Origin: Candidatus Omnitrophota bacterium
GTDB taxonomy: Bacteria > Omnitrophota > Omnitrophia > Omnitrophales > Aquincolibacteriaceae
Reading direction: 5' to 3'
Length of the DNA stretch: 64,000 nt
NCBI GenBank assembly: GCA_030698625.1
Contig: JAUYMS010000034.1
Coordinates: 2,835 to 66,834 of the forward strand
The notes below the pieces were generated by a model, which had not been told where the DNA came from, did not search any database, and was given only the letters and a program-made list of their open reading frames with translations. Of this stretch, positions 38,801-50,800 are shown piece by piece (the first letter of the stretch is position 1; the number at the start of each line of letters is the position of its first letter). A program made the position numbers and the translations under genes.

Positions 38801-41800
38801 CGTCCATCAGGGCCGCGATCTGGATTTCTCCCTTTATCTTCTCCAAGGCTGCGTTGTAAGCGCGGGCATCACGCCAGAAATCTTCTTCATTAAAGACTTC
38901 GCCAAAGCCTACGGAGTTTCGGCGTTCCTCGAGCGCTTCGGGACTGCTGCTCTCGCGGAATCTTTTGACTTCTTTATTAAAGCGCTTAAATGCGGTACCG
39001 CCGGAATCGATCGCAAGACCCGCCTCGAACTCTGCGGCCTCGTCCAGGTGCCAGCCGCCTTGAATGAGGTTTAGGGCATCCGCCACTTCGAGATTATGCT
39101 TCCGGGTAAGTTCGAGGAATTCCTTGTGACCGAGAGTGGTGTGGATCGGGTTCTTGGACAGGAGTTTCTCACGGACATCCTTCTTATTGAGATCGGTATT
39201 CTTGTCGGCCAAGCCGATTTGCGTAAGGCGATCCTTGTAAGCAGTGAGAACCTCCATCTGAAAGGCCACGAGAGGATCGGCCGCCTTCTTCAGATCTTCA
39301 AAAATCTCCTCACCGAAGAATTTGACGGACTGCTTCTGCGTCGCATAAGTCTTCTTGAAATCCGCGATACAGGCCGGCGCACAGCTCAGATCCTTCTCCC
39401 ATTCTTCGAGCTGATGCTCAAGCTGCTTCTTTTGCTGCTCTATCTGGACAAGTTTGTCCTTGTCCTTCTCATTTTCTTTGAGCTTGTCGAGATAATCAAA
39501 GTTCTGCTGGAAGTTTGAGTACTTCTGGTAATCCCCGAGCACCGACGGCCCGTACTTTTTCTTGCGGACGAGGGCCTGGATGGAATCTTTGGCCTTCTCC
39601 TGATATCGCTCCTGAACGCTCTTCTGCAACGACTGGTCTTTCTTCACGCGGTTCAGGGCTTCGCGGTCCCTCACGAGAGCGAAGTATTTGTCGATCGTTT
39701 CTTTGGACGGATTGTTTTCGGGCGCCAGGGCGATACGGGCGCGTGTCCACAAGCTGGTCGCTTCATCGTCGGCAAGGGCCGCAATACGCGAGCGCAGCCA
39801 CTTCGCTTCGGCATGGCGGTCCACCAAACCGAGCAAGATCCCCTTGAAGAAATAGCTGAGGTAGAACTTAGCACCCACAAACGGGGGCTTCGCATTCCCT
39901 TCCGCATCAAAAAGCGTACTCCGCGTATAGTAACCGCTCAATGCCTTGTAAAGGCCGACAAGAGAGCCGACGCCGACCAACGGGTACCAGACATAGCTGC
40001 TGCCGAGCACTCCCACAACCGTCTTACCAAGAGCAAATGTCGCCGCCGTACCGAGAGCACCTTTAACCGCCGCGAATGCCGTTACGAGCCAGCCGATGAG
40101 CGGGAACGAGAATCCCAATCCGAGCCCCGTCGCAATGGCCGGCAGGCCGAAAACCAAAAGTGCGCCGATGCCGGCTAGCGCCAGCCAGAAGAGCGGGCTG
40201 CGGGCAAAACCAAGCAGGTATGTCTCGATGTTCCGCACGGCACGGAATTGTGAGATCAGCAGAAGCGCCGCCAAAACCGCTGCAACAATCATCGAAACGC
40301 TAACGAGCACCGCGCCTCCGAGGAAGAATCCCCCGGCCAAGAGTCCTGCCGCTAGGCCGATCTCGAGGGTACGGCGGAGCGGCGTCACATGGGTGATCTT
40401 GCCTTCCTTATCGATTCTGTCTAAGCGCTCCTTCGTCTTCTCGACGCGTGACGTAAAGAAGAACTTAATCTTCTCGACTGCGGCGGAGAAGAAGGCCTTG
40501 ATGCGCGTACCGAAGAAGAGGACGATGCCGGTAATGGCAAGCGCGCCCACCACAATAACGGTCGGCACGACGATCATGGCGAGCAGTGATCCGCCGGCAA
40601 TCACAGCCGCGCCGATGTTAAATAAGATGAATCCGAGCAGACCGAGACCGAGGCCCACCTTGCCGATTTTCAGAAGCGTCTCATTGCGTTTCGCACGGCG
40701 CAGTTCCCGGACCTGTTCTCGGGCGTCATTGCGCAGCTCGACAAGGCGTGCGGCGTCAAGCACGCCGCGCTCCGTGCCCTCCGTAACGATAACCGCGAGG
40801 GCAGCACGCTCCTGACGCAGCGACTGTTCGAAGAGTTCTTCGGTCTTGATCTGGTCGTCGGTGCGGTTCTGTCCATACCAGGCCGTCCATTCATCCGGCA
40901 GTATGGAATCGAGGACCTTTTCGGCACCCCGCCGCAATAGCATGCGTAAAATAAAGAAGAAGCGTGCAACCTTCGTGTCGGGGACTCTAATCCGCTCCGG
41001 CAGAATACTCGTCCAGGCGCCGAAGAAATCACCATAGGACTCGGCGCGAATGCCTAACGCCCCGCGGTAGATCACGCGCCGCTCGGAACGCAAAGCGAGG
41101 TTGGTCTTGCGGAGGTTTGCGCGGACACTCGCAGGCACGTCGGTAAAGGCGGCATGTGAAACTTCTTGGTTTAGAGCCGCCAGCGCGTCGCGGGTTGCGC
41201 CCACATCGCCGCTGCTTGCTGCCGCGCGCACGCGCGCAATCCCGTTAATAACCCCGGCCAGACGTGTACGCTGTGCTGCCGGCAGTCGGTCGAGCGCGGC
41301 CTTCGACTGCCCGAGGGCCGTATCGATGCCGCTTTCAGCCGCATCCGTAAGCGTCGCCGCCGGCCGCAGGCTCTCCTTCTGGCGGCGCGAGAGACGTGAG
41401 GTATTGATGCCCGACAGGATATCGCCGGCACCCTGAGTGAGGTCGATGCCTTCGATGTCTTCCGCATTAATGTAGGAATCTTCAATCAAGTAACCGCTGC
41501 CGATGTCGGCAAGGACCGTCGAACCATTGATCGTGGTATCGTCACCGATGGTCACGTCGTCGCCGATGATCGTGGTGCGCTGTTTGAACTTGTCCTTATC
41601 GTCCTTCTTCTTATCGGGATTGATCTCACGATTGCGCAGACGCACATTGCGGCCGATTTGCACGCGACGGCCGACCACCACACCTTCGCCGACAACCGAG
41701 TTCTTACCGATAACGGTCGGACGCTCACGGTCACCGTCCTTGATGGTGGCGCCCCGGCGTACCACTGAGTTCGCTTCGAGGCGGACATTGCGGCCGATCT

Positions 41801-44800
41801 TGGCCTGAGCCTGAATCACCACACCGCTTGAAATATAGACACTTTCATCAATTTCGGCGAACGTGTCGACATGCACAAACGCAAAACCGCCGTCATCAGC
41901 TTTAACCCACCGCAGTTTGCCGCGTTCCACGTCGATCTGTGTCTTGAGACTCTTGAGCTCGGCCGACACCTCGATGGCCGCGGCCGTATGGCCCTGCTCG
42001 AGTTGCTGCAGCATCGGGTCGGCGGCCACCATCTGTTCATAAGTTTGCCCGTAGACCGCCCGCACAACGAGATCGCCGTCATTGCCGGCCTCGGTCCGCT
42101 CGCGCAGGCCATAGAAGTTGATCCCGCCCGAGGTAATGCGGCCGACGCTCAGGGAGTCAACCCGGTTAAGCAGAGCCTCGGGATTCTGAATGAGAGCCCG
42201 GCGCTCGTCTTCATTGAGTTCGAGCCGGATACGCGGCTTTCCGGGCTGCCTGATGACAACTGTGATCCTGCGGTCAGAGCAGTCACCGGCGCCGCCGCAC
42301 ACCGCCGAGCGATCAAGTTCGCGCAATGCGAGGATGGCGTTGGAAAGCGCCCGGCTGGTGGACTCGCTCGAAGTATTTTCCGTATCAACCGTAACCGTCG
42401 CACCGGCATCGGTACGTTCCACAATCACAACGTCCTCGGCCGTATGGACAGACGTTGCTGCACCGGCTTCGGTTTCAGTGGATTCAACAGCAGGAGCGGC
42501 GCGTTCGGCTCGTTCATCCTCAGCAATACGGATCACGATAGGTTCATACTCTCGCACCGACTCAACCGTATTATTGTATTGAACATTCCGAATCACTTTG
42601 AGTTCACCTGCAGGCGTCTTTAGCTGCGCCTGGCGGTTGCCTTCGAGCACGTTGCCGAGACCGCCTTTTACGACCGTCTGCGTCGCCACGATCTTGGTGG
42701 CCCGGTTTCCGACGAGTGCCGCGGCATTAAAGCCGATCGCGGCCAGAATCGCCGGAATAAGCGGCAGCCCCAGCAGAACCGCTGCGCCTGCTCCGGCGCC
42801 TATCACGGCCAGCCCAAGCAGCAGTACAACGGCAATAGCGCCGCGCTTGCCGATACGGTTCTGCAATGCGCTGAATCCCAGATACCCGGCAGTCACGCCG
42901 ACGAGAAGGCCGAGGACGGTACCGGCGAGTATGACCTGCGCGAAGAGAATTCCGGCCACAATTAAGCTGCCGAACGCCGCCGCCAATCCTCCGGTAAGGG
43001 CTAGTGTGCGCAGGAAGCTGAAGCCTGCGGCACCGGCCTCCTGAATCCGGGCACGGAAACTCCCGAGACCCACGAGGTCCATAATCCGTCCGATCGTATT
43101 GCGTATAAGCCAGTTGAGACCCAAGCGGCTGCTCAGCGTCGGCAGTACCGACAAGACGAGTCCCGCGCCGAAAACAATACCGGCAACAAGTAAGACACCG
43201 AATGGCGCAAGGAAGAAGCTGACGGCGGCCGCTACAAGCGCGCCGGCAACGGCAATACCGCCGATCACACCTGTGCGTCCGCGGAAGCGATTGAGCGCGC
43301 GGCCGACCTTGCTCAAGTCTTTCGGCGCCGTCGCATCCGCTACGTCGGCGGCCAAACCGGGGTGAGCTTTCTTGAGCTGGTCCAAGGCATCCGCGACGGT
43401 ACGCTCGCGGACTGCACCCAACGCCAGCGCGGCCTGTAGGCCCTGCACGCCAAGGTAAGAACCTTCGCGGCCGAGGCTGCGAAACTCGACGGCGCAACTC
43501 GAACAGCTGTTCAACACCGATCGCGCGGCAGTCTCTGCTTCGGAACCGATAATACTCTTAAGTGAAACATTAAGCGGCACTCCCGATTCCCGGACCGCGA
43601 TCAACACCTGGGCCGCACGGCGGGCTTTTAACGCATGGTCGGTAAGCGTGTCCTGGTCGGCGATAAACTGATTCAGGATATCCGCCAAGAGTGTCTGCTT
43701 CGCCTCTTCGCTGAGTGTTTTGTCGTTGCTGATCTCTTCACGGATGCGGCTGACAAATTCATTCTCGAGGCGGCTCTCGGCATTGTGAATCCCCCGGACC
43801 TCAAGATTACGCCGCTTCTGTTCCGACTGTTCCTCCAGCTTCAGAGAATGTTCGTAGGCGCCGTTGATCAACGCGCGGCCGAGGTTGTCGATATACTCGC
43901 GTTCGGAAACAGCTTCTTCAGCCAGCAGGCGGAGGCGGTAGGCTTCGGCACGGCGCGCCGCTACATCGTGGTCTCTGCCCTCTTCGGTAAATAGCGGTGT
44001 CCCGGTCGTCTTAGTGCGTTCGCCGCGTATACGGTTCAGTTTATCGATACGTTGCGCGTTCGCATAGCGCCTCGCATCGTCGACGCGCGCGGCGTCGACA
44101 AGTCGGTAACCGAAAGCTTTGAGTTTCGCTTCAACTTCACTGGCATTCTCGGCGGTGACTTCCGTCTCAAGCGAACCCTCGCGGCCGATGGCAAACTGCC
44201 AACCGAGCGCGCGCAGCTTGCCGTTCAACCACGACAGAGCCGCGGCCTGACCGCTGTTTTGGGCACGGGTTCTATAGTCGCTGAAAAGCTGCGTCACTGC
44301 ACTCGTGACTGCGCGATGACTGAAATAGGAATCCTCCGCTGACCCAAGACCAGCCACGACCTTCTTGTACTCCTGTTGGATCTGCGCAGGCGTTCCGCGA
44401 AACGCTTCGAGCCTCTTCGCTTCCTGCAGATAGCCGAGCCCGCGCAAGAAGCGGCCCAACCGTCTCTGTAAGAGTTGCGCGTTGCCCTGAACTTTTCGGC
44501 CGAGACGCAAACGCTCGACGCGGCTCTTGAAAAAGCCCTTAATTTCACGATCGCCGTTGGTCTGCCGGTCGCCTGCGATGACATACTCATTCAACGCCTG
44601 CTTCTCGCTCGTGAGTGTCACGCTCATGCGGCTATAGTTCAACTTGACGGTATAACGTTCATTACCGATCTCAAGCGTCTTGCCGTCAGTCAACTGATAA
44701 TTAACGCCGCCGACCTTGAGACCTGTAATCTGACCGTCCTTGTATGTAAAGTCAAAATTTTGTCCGTTCTCCTGAACAACCTGACTACCGCTCGCATCAG

Positions 44801-47800
44801 CATCACTGCCGCTCTTATCAGCAGGGACGCTGAATTGTACACGGGTATTTCCGTTTTGATACTGCTGGTATGCCGCCTCACCCTTGGATGCCAGATACTC
44901 GGTAGTCGAGACCGCGCCGTTTTTCTGCTCACCTTCAAATTGTGAGAACTTCTGTGACTCCTTAGCGCGGGCATTAAACTCGACCTTGCCGGGCAGGTGG
45001 TCGATCAGAATGCGGTCAGCCGTGGCTTCGGTCGTATTCCTGCGCGCCTGGCTGAGAAGCGCTTCGAGCTTGGCCCGCTTTACGTCGAGCTTGCGTTCAA
45101 GCCCCGTCGTGTCGCGTCCTTTAGCGCGAGCGGCCTCGACCTTTTGCTGCAAGGCGAAGTACTGAGCCAATGTTTTCTTAAAGAGCGCAAAGCTAGCGGC
45201 ATCGGCTTTCGTTCCCGGCAGGTTTTCAAAGCCGAGCGCCACAATCTCATTTACGTCCCACTCATTGACATAAATCTCACCGACGCGGCCGGGCGCTTCA
45301 TTGCGGCCGGAACGCGCCACTGCCTGCTCGAAGTCAAAGAGGTTGCGGCTTGCGCCCACGGCATAACCCAGTTCCCCGTAGGCGTAGCTGACACTAAACT
45401 TGTCGAAGAATTCTGCGACATGCGTTCGATACGCCGCTTCGATCTCTTGCGGCGTCGCCGAACTCTCAAGGCCGAGCTTCTCAAGAAGGCTCGTACGCGC
45501 ATCACCGCTTGTCGCTTGCGCTTTGGCTACCGCGGCATTCCCAGTTTCGGCACTAAACTTATCAAGAAGCTTCATCACATCGTCACGCGTCAACTCATCC
45601 GTGACCGGCAGTCCGACGCTGCTGCGCAAACCGTTGATAAAGTCGAGAACCTTCTGCCGTTCCGCCTCGGAATAACCGGCGAGTACTTCACTCAGCTTGA
45701 CTGTTGCCGTCTTATCGTTCAGGTTCTCACGCAGCGCATCCTGCAGAAGCAAGCGCTGCAAATGATGGAGCTTCTCCAATTGCTCGGTCTGCTCATTGGC
45801 GCTGTAACCTGCCTGACGCAGCAGCTCGCGCAGGCTTCGTTCCACGCTCTTGTCCCTGTCTCCGCTCTTGACGCTTTGTGAAAAGGAAGCGAAAGGCGGC
45901 ACGAAGTTCGTACCACGGCTGACATTATTCGAGGCAAAAACGACACCGCGCAGGAGACCGCCGTCTTTACCTTCCTTGCGGCCATAGTCACTTTGAGATC
46001 CGTCGAGAAGGTAGATGCGGCCGGCACTGAGAGACAGGTCCTCGAGACCGTGCAGGGCCGTAAGTAAATCGAAATCCGTCCGCACACGCGAACGCAGGTT
46101 GGAGAAAAAGCGGCGCACGGCATTATTGAGTGCCGGCTTCGCGGTCGCATCACCCCACTTGCTGCTCAACTCTTGAAGCAGGTTCTCGAGTTCGGCCAGC
46201 ATGGCCGTGATTTCAGCGTCCGTGAGACCCAGTTTCGTCTGGTTTGCCCTGAGCGTGGCCTCCGCCTGCGCCTTCACATTGGCAATGTAACTCTTTACAT
46301 ATTTGCGATAGGCCTGCTGGGCTTGTTCCGGCGACTTAAAGAACAGACGCGAGATCGTGCGGTAGTTCTTCTGTGCATCGGCCACCAGGTCGGCGATAAC
46401 CCGGTCCACTTCTGCCGCCGTCGTAAATTTGGTCTCATTGATAAATCGCGCACGCCTAATATGGGTATCGAAGTTTAGATAGTCCTCCGGGCTCGCGATG
46501 ATCTTGAACGCGGCCGCTAGCTTCAGGAAGGCCTTATCCTCCGTCTGGATGAAGGCCTGATCACGACTGCCGGAAGGTATGGATTTCACGGATGCCAGGA
46601 CCGTACCGCTCGATCCACTGAGGTCCATGCTACCATCCTCGAAACGCCGCGTCTTCATCTCAAAAACCACAAGACTGTCATTCTCACCGCTGGTCTTGCT
46701 TTCCGCTTCGACCTTAAGGACACCGCCGTTGTCAAAAACCAGGGACTGGAAAGCGGCTTCCAAAATAGTGCCGCCGAAATTGCTTTCGCGCTGCGTCGAG
46801 ACACCTTCGTTGCTCATCACGCGCACTTCATAGACGGGCGTACCGCTCTCGTCAATCTTGTCGCCTTTGGCATCTTCAGCCACTTTGAACCCGAAATCCT
46901 TGCCCGCACGGCGAGCCAGTAGGATCTCGAGACTGCGGCGCAGGAGCATCTCGAAAGCCTTGTCGGGATTCTGCAGCTGCTTGCGTTCCTCTTCACTGAG
47001 AAGCAAGTTGGAGTTGTCGAGTCCGAGCTGGGCAAAGAAATCTTGAACGTTACCCCCTCGGCTTTCGACGCGTTGCACAAATTTCTTGTAGAGTTCCTTC
47101 GACTTCTTGCTGAACTCGTCGGTCGTGCGCAGGCTTAACCGGCCGTCAGTCCCCTCGGAATCTTCAAGGACAAAAAGCGTGCCCGGTTCTGTACGGCTCA
47201 AGAGCCGACGTGCGGTGCGGGCCCACTTCTCATGGGTGCGCTCAGTCGCACTTTCGGTGCGGATGCCGAGGTCCTGCTCCACGAGTTCCTGAGCAAAGCC
47301 GAGAAGAGTGCCGAAGTTTTCGACATTCTTCTTCGCAAGACTGCGGCCCCCTTCCGCATTGATATAACGCATCAGGATCATAAAGATGGCGTCAATTTCG
47401 TCCACGCTCAGGATGTATGAGTCGTCCGAGAGGTTCTTGTCGTTAGGCGCACTGCTCTGGTCTTCTAAATACGCAAACTGATAGTCGGAAATCGATATGT
47501 ACAGGACGCGCGGCTTTTGTTCCTTGTTTGAAAATGCCTGTTTGAAGGTATCCCTGCCCATCTTGTTCTTCTTGAGGCCGTAGGTTTCAATACCGAATGC
47601 CGCATAAACGGCCTGGTTTTCATTCAAGAGGTCGTCGCTTACGGCCTGTTCGGTATGCAGGAGATGAGCCACGGTAGGCCCGACAAAGGCCTTCAGAATA
47701 TTTCGGAAGAGCAGTGTGCCGGTCTTACCCTGCGCGGTCGGGATACCGCTAAGGATGCCCTGAATCAAGGCCGCGCCTTCTACCAGCTGAATGCCGCGAA

Positions 47801-50800
47801 CCGAATAGTCGAATGCCGCATTGAAGTGGCGCTGGGCAATGGTCCCGGCCACGAGGAACTTGAAGACGATATCGTTCGGAATTTCCCGGCCCTGAATTTC
47901 TTTCGCTTTGTGATACTCATTACCGAGGGCTTTCAGTTGGGCCGCGAGGAGTTGTTTCAGAGAGTCGGAGGCATTAAAGAGTTCGTGAACCGCATTGAGG
48001 GTATCAACCGCCGCCTGTTCTTGGCTGCTGAGGAAGACAGATCCCTTGTCGTCATACAGCCCGCGCTTGCCCTGTTCGACGAGCTCGCGGAGCAGTGTGC
48101 GAAGCGCTGCCTCTTTCTCCGCCTCTGAACGTGCCGTATCGAAAAGGATATCCCGCACGCCCGCAAGCCTGTTGCGCAGAGGCTCCGGCAAGGCATCGAA
48201 ATCCGCGGCCGACAACTTTCCATTTTTAAGGGCCTTCAAGAGAAGCTTCACTTTGATGTCAAACTCTGCCAGTTGTTCGAGATAGATCGCCTTCTTCGCG
48301 CGCGCAGAAGTCTCTGCGTCATCACCCTTCAGTTGGAGCAGGCGCTCCCTCTCAGTAAAGGAGGCGATATCGTCCTTGTTTTCTTCAATACGAAGGTACT
48401 TGCTATCGAAGGCATCGGCCTCTTTGGCGGCTTCGACCCCTTCGACCAAGTCAGTCAGTTCAATGGACCGCGGGTTGTCCGGCGTGAGCTTGGCGTTCTC
48501 ACCGACCAGCCCTTCCAGGCTTCGGATGCGGCGTGAGAGTCGATCATTCTGGATCTGTAGTTCACGCTGGCGCAGAGGATTACGCAATTCATCTCCGGCC
48601 TTCAATTGCGGCCCGATGACGTGCTCACGAAATTCCACGAAGTGGTCATGCAAGGCTTTGCCGGCTTTCTGGATTTCGCCCTCGGCTTCTTTGGCCTTCT
48701 TGAGCAGTTCTTTGGCTTCTTCCCTCAGGGTATTAAGAGTCGCGCGAAGCCTAACCTTGCTCGCGCGTGAACCCCGCGCGGCAAGGAGACTCTCGGTCTC
48801 TTTGACCTGCTCATCTACTGCAATGAGCTGTGCCCGGATGCGCGCGAGAACCCCATTAGCGGCGTCAAACTCCGACTCGAGGACATCGGCTCTGCGGTCC
48901 AGAGTCAGAACAATTTCATCCGTGCTAAGGACATTGCCGTCGGCATCGAATTCCGCCCTGAAGGCAATGCCCGTGCGGGCGTCTTCGACATAAACCACGA
49001 CCTTGCCGTCGAGGTAGAAGAGATCCGTCCCCGGCTTGAGCTCCCGGCCAAAACCGTTGACGCGGTGCCCGGCAATGTGACCCGTGTTGTCGAGAAAGGC
49101 CTTCTGGGCATTTTCGCCGTAGTTGCTGTAGCCGATTTCCTGCAGGCCGTCGGCGTCACGCCCGGCAAATGTGCGGAAACCAACCTCGTCCCCGTTTTCA
49201 TTAAAGAACCACACCGCATCCTGACCATTCAAACGGCCTTTGGCGATAAAACCGCCTGAGGCCGTCACACGCACGTCGCGCTCATCCACCTCGGCGCCGC
49301 GGTTCACGGTCAGATCCGCATGAAGTCTTTGACGCCGTTCCTCGAGCTCTTTTGCTTTACTCTCAGACCTTTTGGTCGTGCCTCGCGTCGCAGGATCTCT
49401 GCGATTCAGGAAGCGGTTCGTATCCCGGAGCAGCCGGTAACTGCCTGAAAGTGTCACGAGGAAGCCAAAACCGTCGAGCTTGGCGAGGGCCGCGAGGAGT
49501 TTCGCGCGCTGGTCCGGCGTGAGTGTCTTAAAGCGTTCGACATCGCCGTTGATAACGATGGCTTCCTGATCGGCAGCGGCAACTCCGGCGGCCGTCAGCT
49601 CCTGATGATGCAGCTCGTGGCCGGTGAAAAAGCCGAGCAGAAGCGACAACTCACCCGCGCTAAACTGACCGGAGAAAAGGCTCGCATCCAAACGGATCGT
49701 CCCGGTTGCAAATTCGAAGTCTGCAGGATGCGGGGCATTCTCAAGTATTTCAATCCTCAGATGGTTCGGAACCGCATGGCCAAGCGCGGCAAGCCTGGCG
49801 ATCGTCCGGTTCTGGAGGAGAATTGCCGTCACGATAAGGCGGCGGCGCTTCATCCCCTCGGCGTCGGTACCGATCCCGAGTGACACAAAAACGTCTTCAA
49901 GTTCCGCGAGCAGTTGACGCCGTGCGCTCAACACGTCCGTGACGCGGCCAAGTGCCCTGCGGTCAAGAACGATCGTGCCGGTAGCCGGGTCGATTGTCAC
50001 AAGACTTGAGCCCGAAACGGTAGGCGTTACACCCTCAAGAACATTGGTGCCTGCACCGCGGGTATCGGCGGTCAGAACCGGGAACGCGGCGGCGGCAGCG
50101 GTACTGCTCTCATCTCCCTCACGCAAAGCAGCACCTGCGTGGGCCGCGACATTTTCGGCTTCGCGGCGTTCGAGCTCGCTCAATTCGCGGCCTTCGGCCA
50201 GGCTCGCGTAAAGCGATTCCTGCAATGCCGCCGTGCGGACGGCAAGCTCGCTGAAGTGGTCTTGCAGGGTCCGGTCGCCGGCAGTCACCGCAACATACTC
50301 GGAACGGAACTCCTGTAACACGCCTTCGCCGGCAAGCGCGAGGTGAGCATTACTCTCACCCGTAGTGTCGAAACTGAGCGTAAGCGCATCATATTTGGCC
50401 TGGAACTGATTACGCGCAGTTTCGGTATTCCGCACTGCCGCTTCAAGGGCGGTACGGGCCGCCTGCACCTGGGCATAAGTGGCACCTTCGCCCCGGAGGT
50501 AGCTGCTATAGATCCCGCGGAACTTCGCGGCTGCTTCGCGCTGCGAGTCCGCAGCCGCTTCGTATTGATCGCGCAGAGCACGCAACACCGCAAGCTCCGA
50601 GGCACCGCGGCGGCTGAGGTCTTCGGCCGCGTGAGCATCGTCCTCGGTGAGCCTTATGGCCTCGTCGGTGACGGGCGCGGCATCAAGATCGATACCGGTA
50701 CGGCGGGCCTCGAGTCTGGCGCGGCCTTCCGAGAGGTTGTCTCTAGCTGCCTGCACCAAGGCGAGAAGCCCGGCAAGCTCGGCGTCAGTGAGATTGCCTC

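Noticed and set aside
47731-47745. Canonical P-loop (GxxxxGK[ST]) call for GIPTAQGKTGT
   Set aside because: Spacing is G-x5-GKT, not the strict Walker A. It is kept only as part of the SecA-like block pattern (SecA itself has TGEGKT), not as an independent P-loop assignment.
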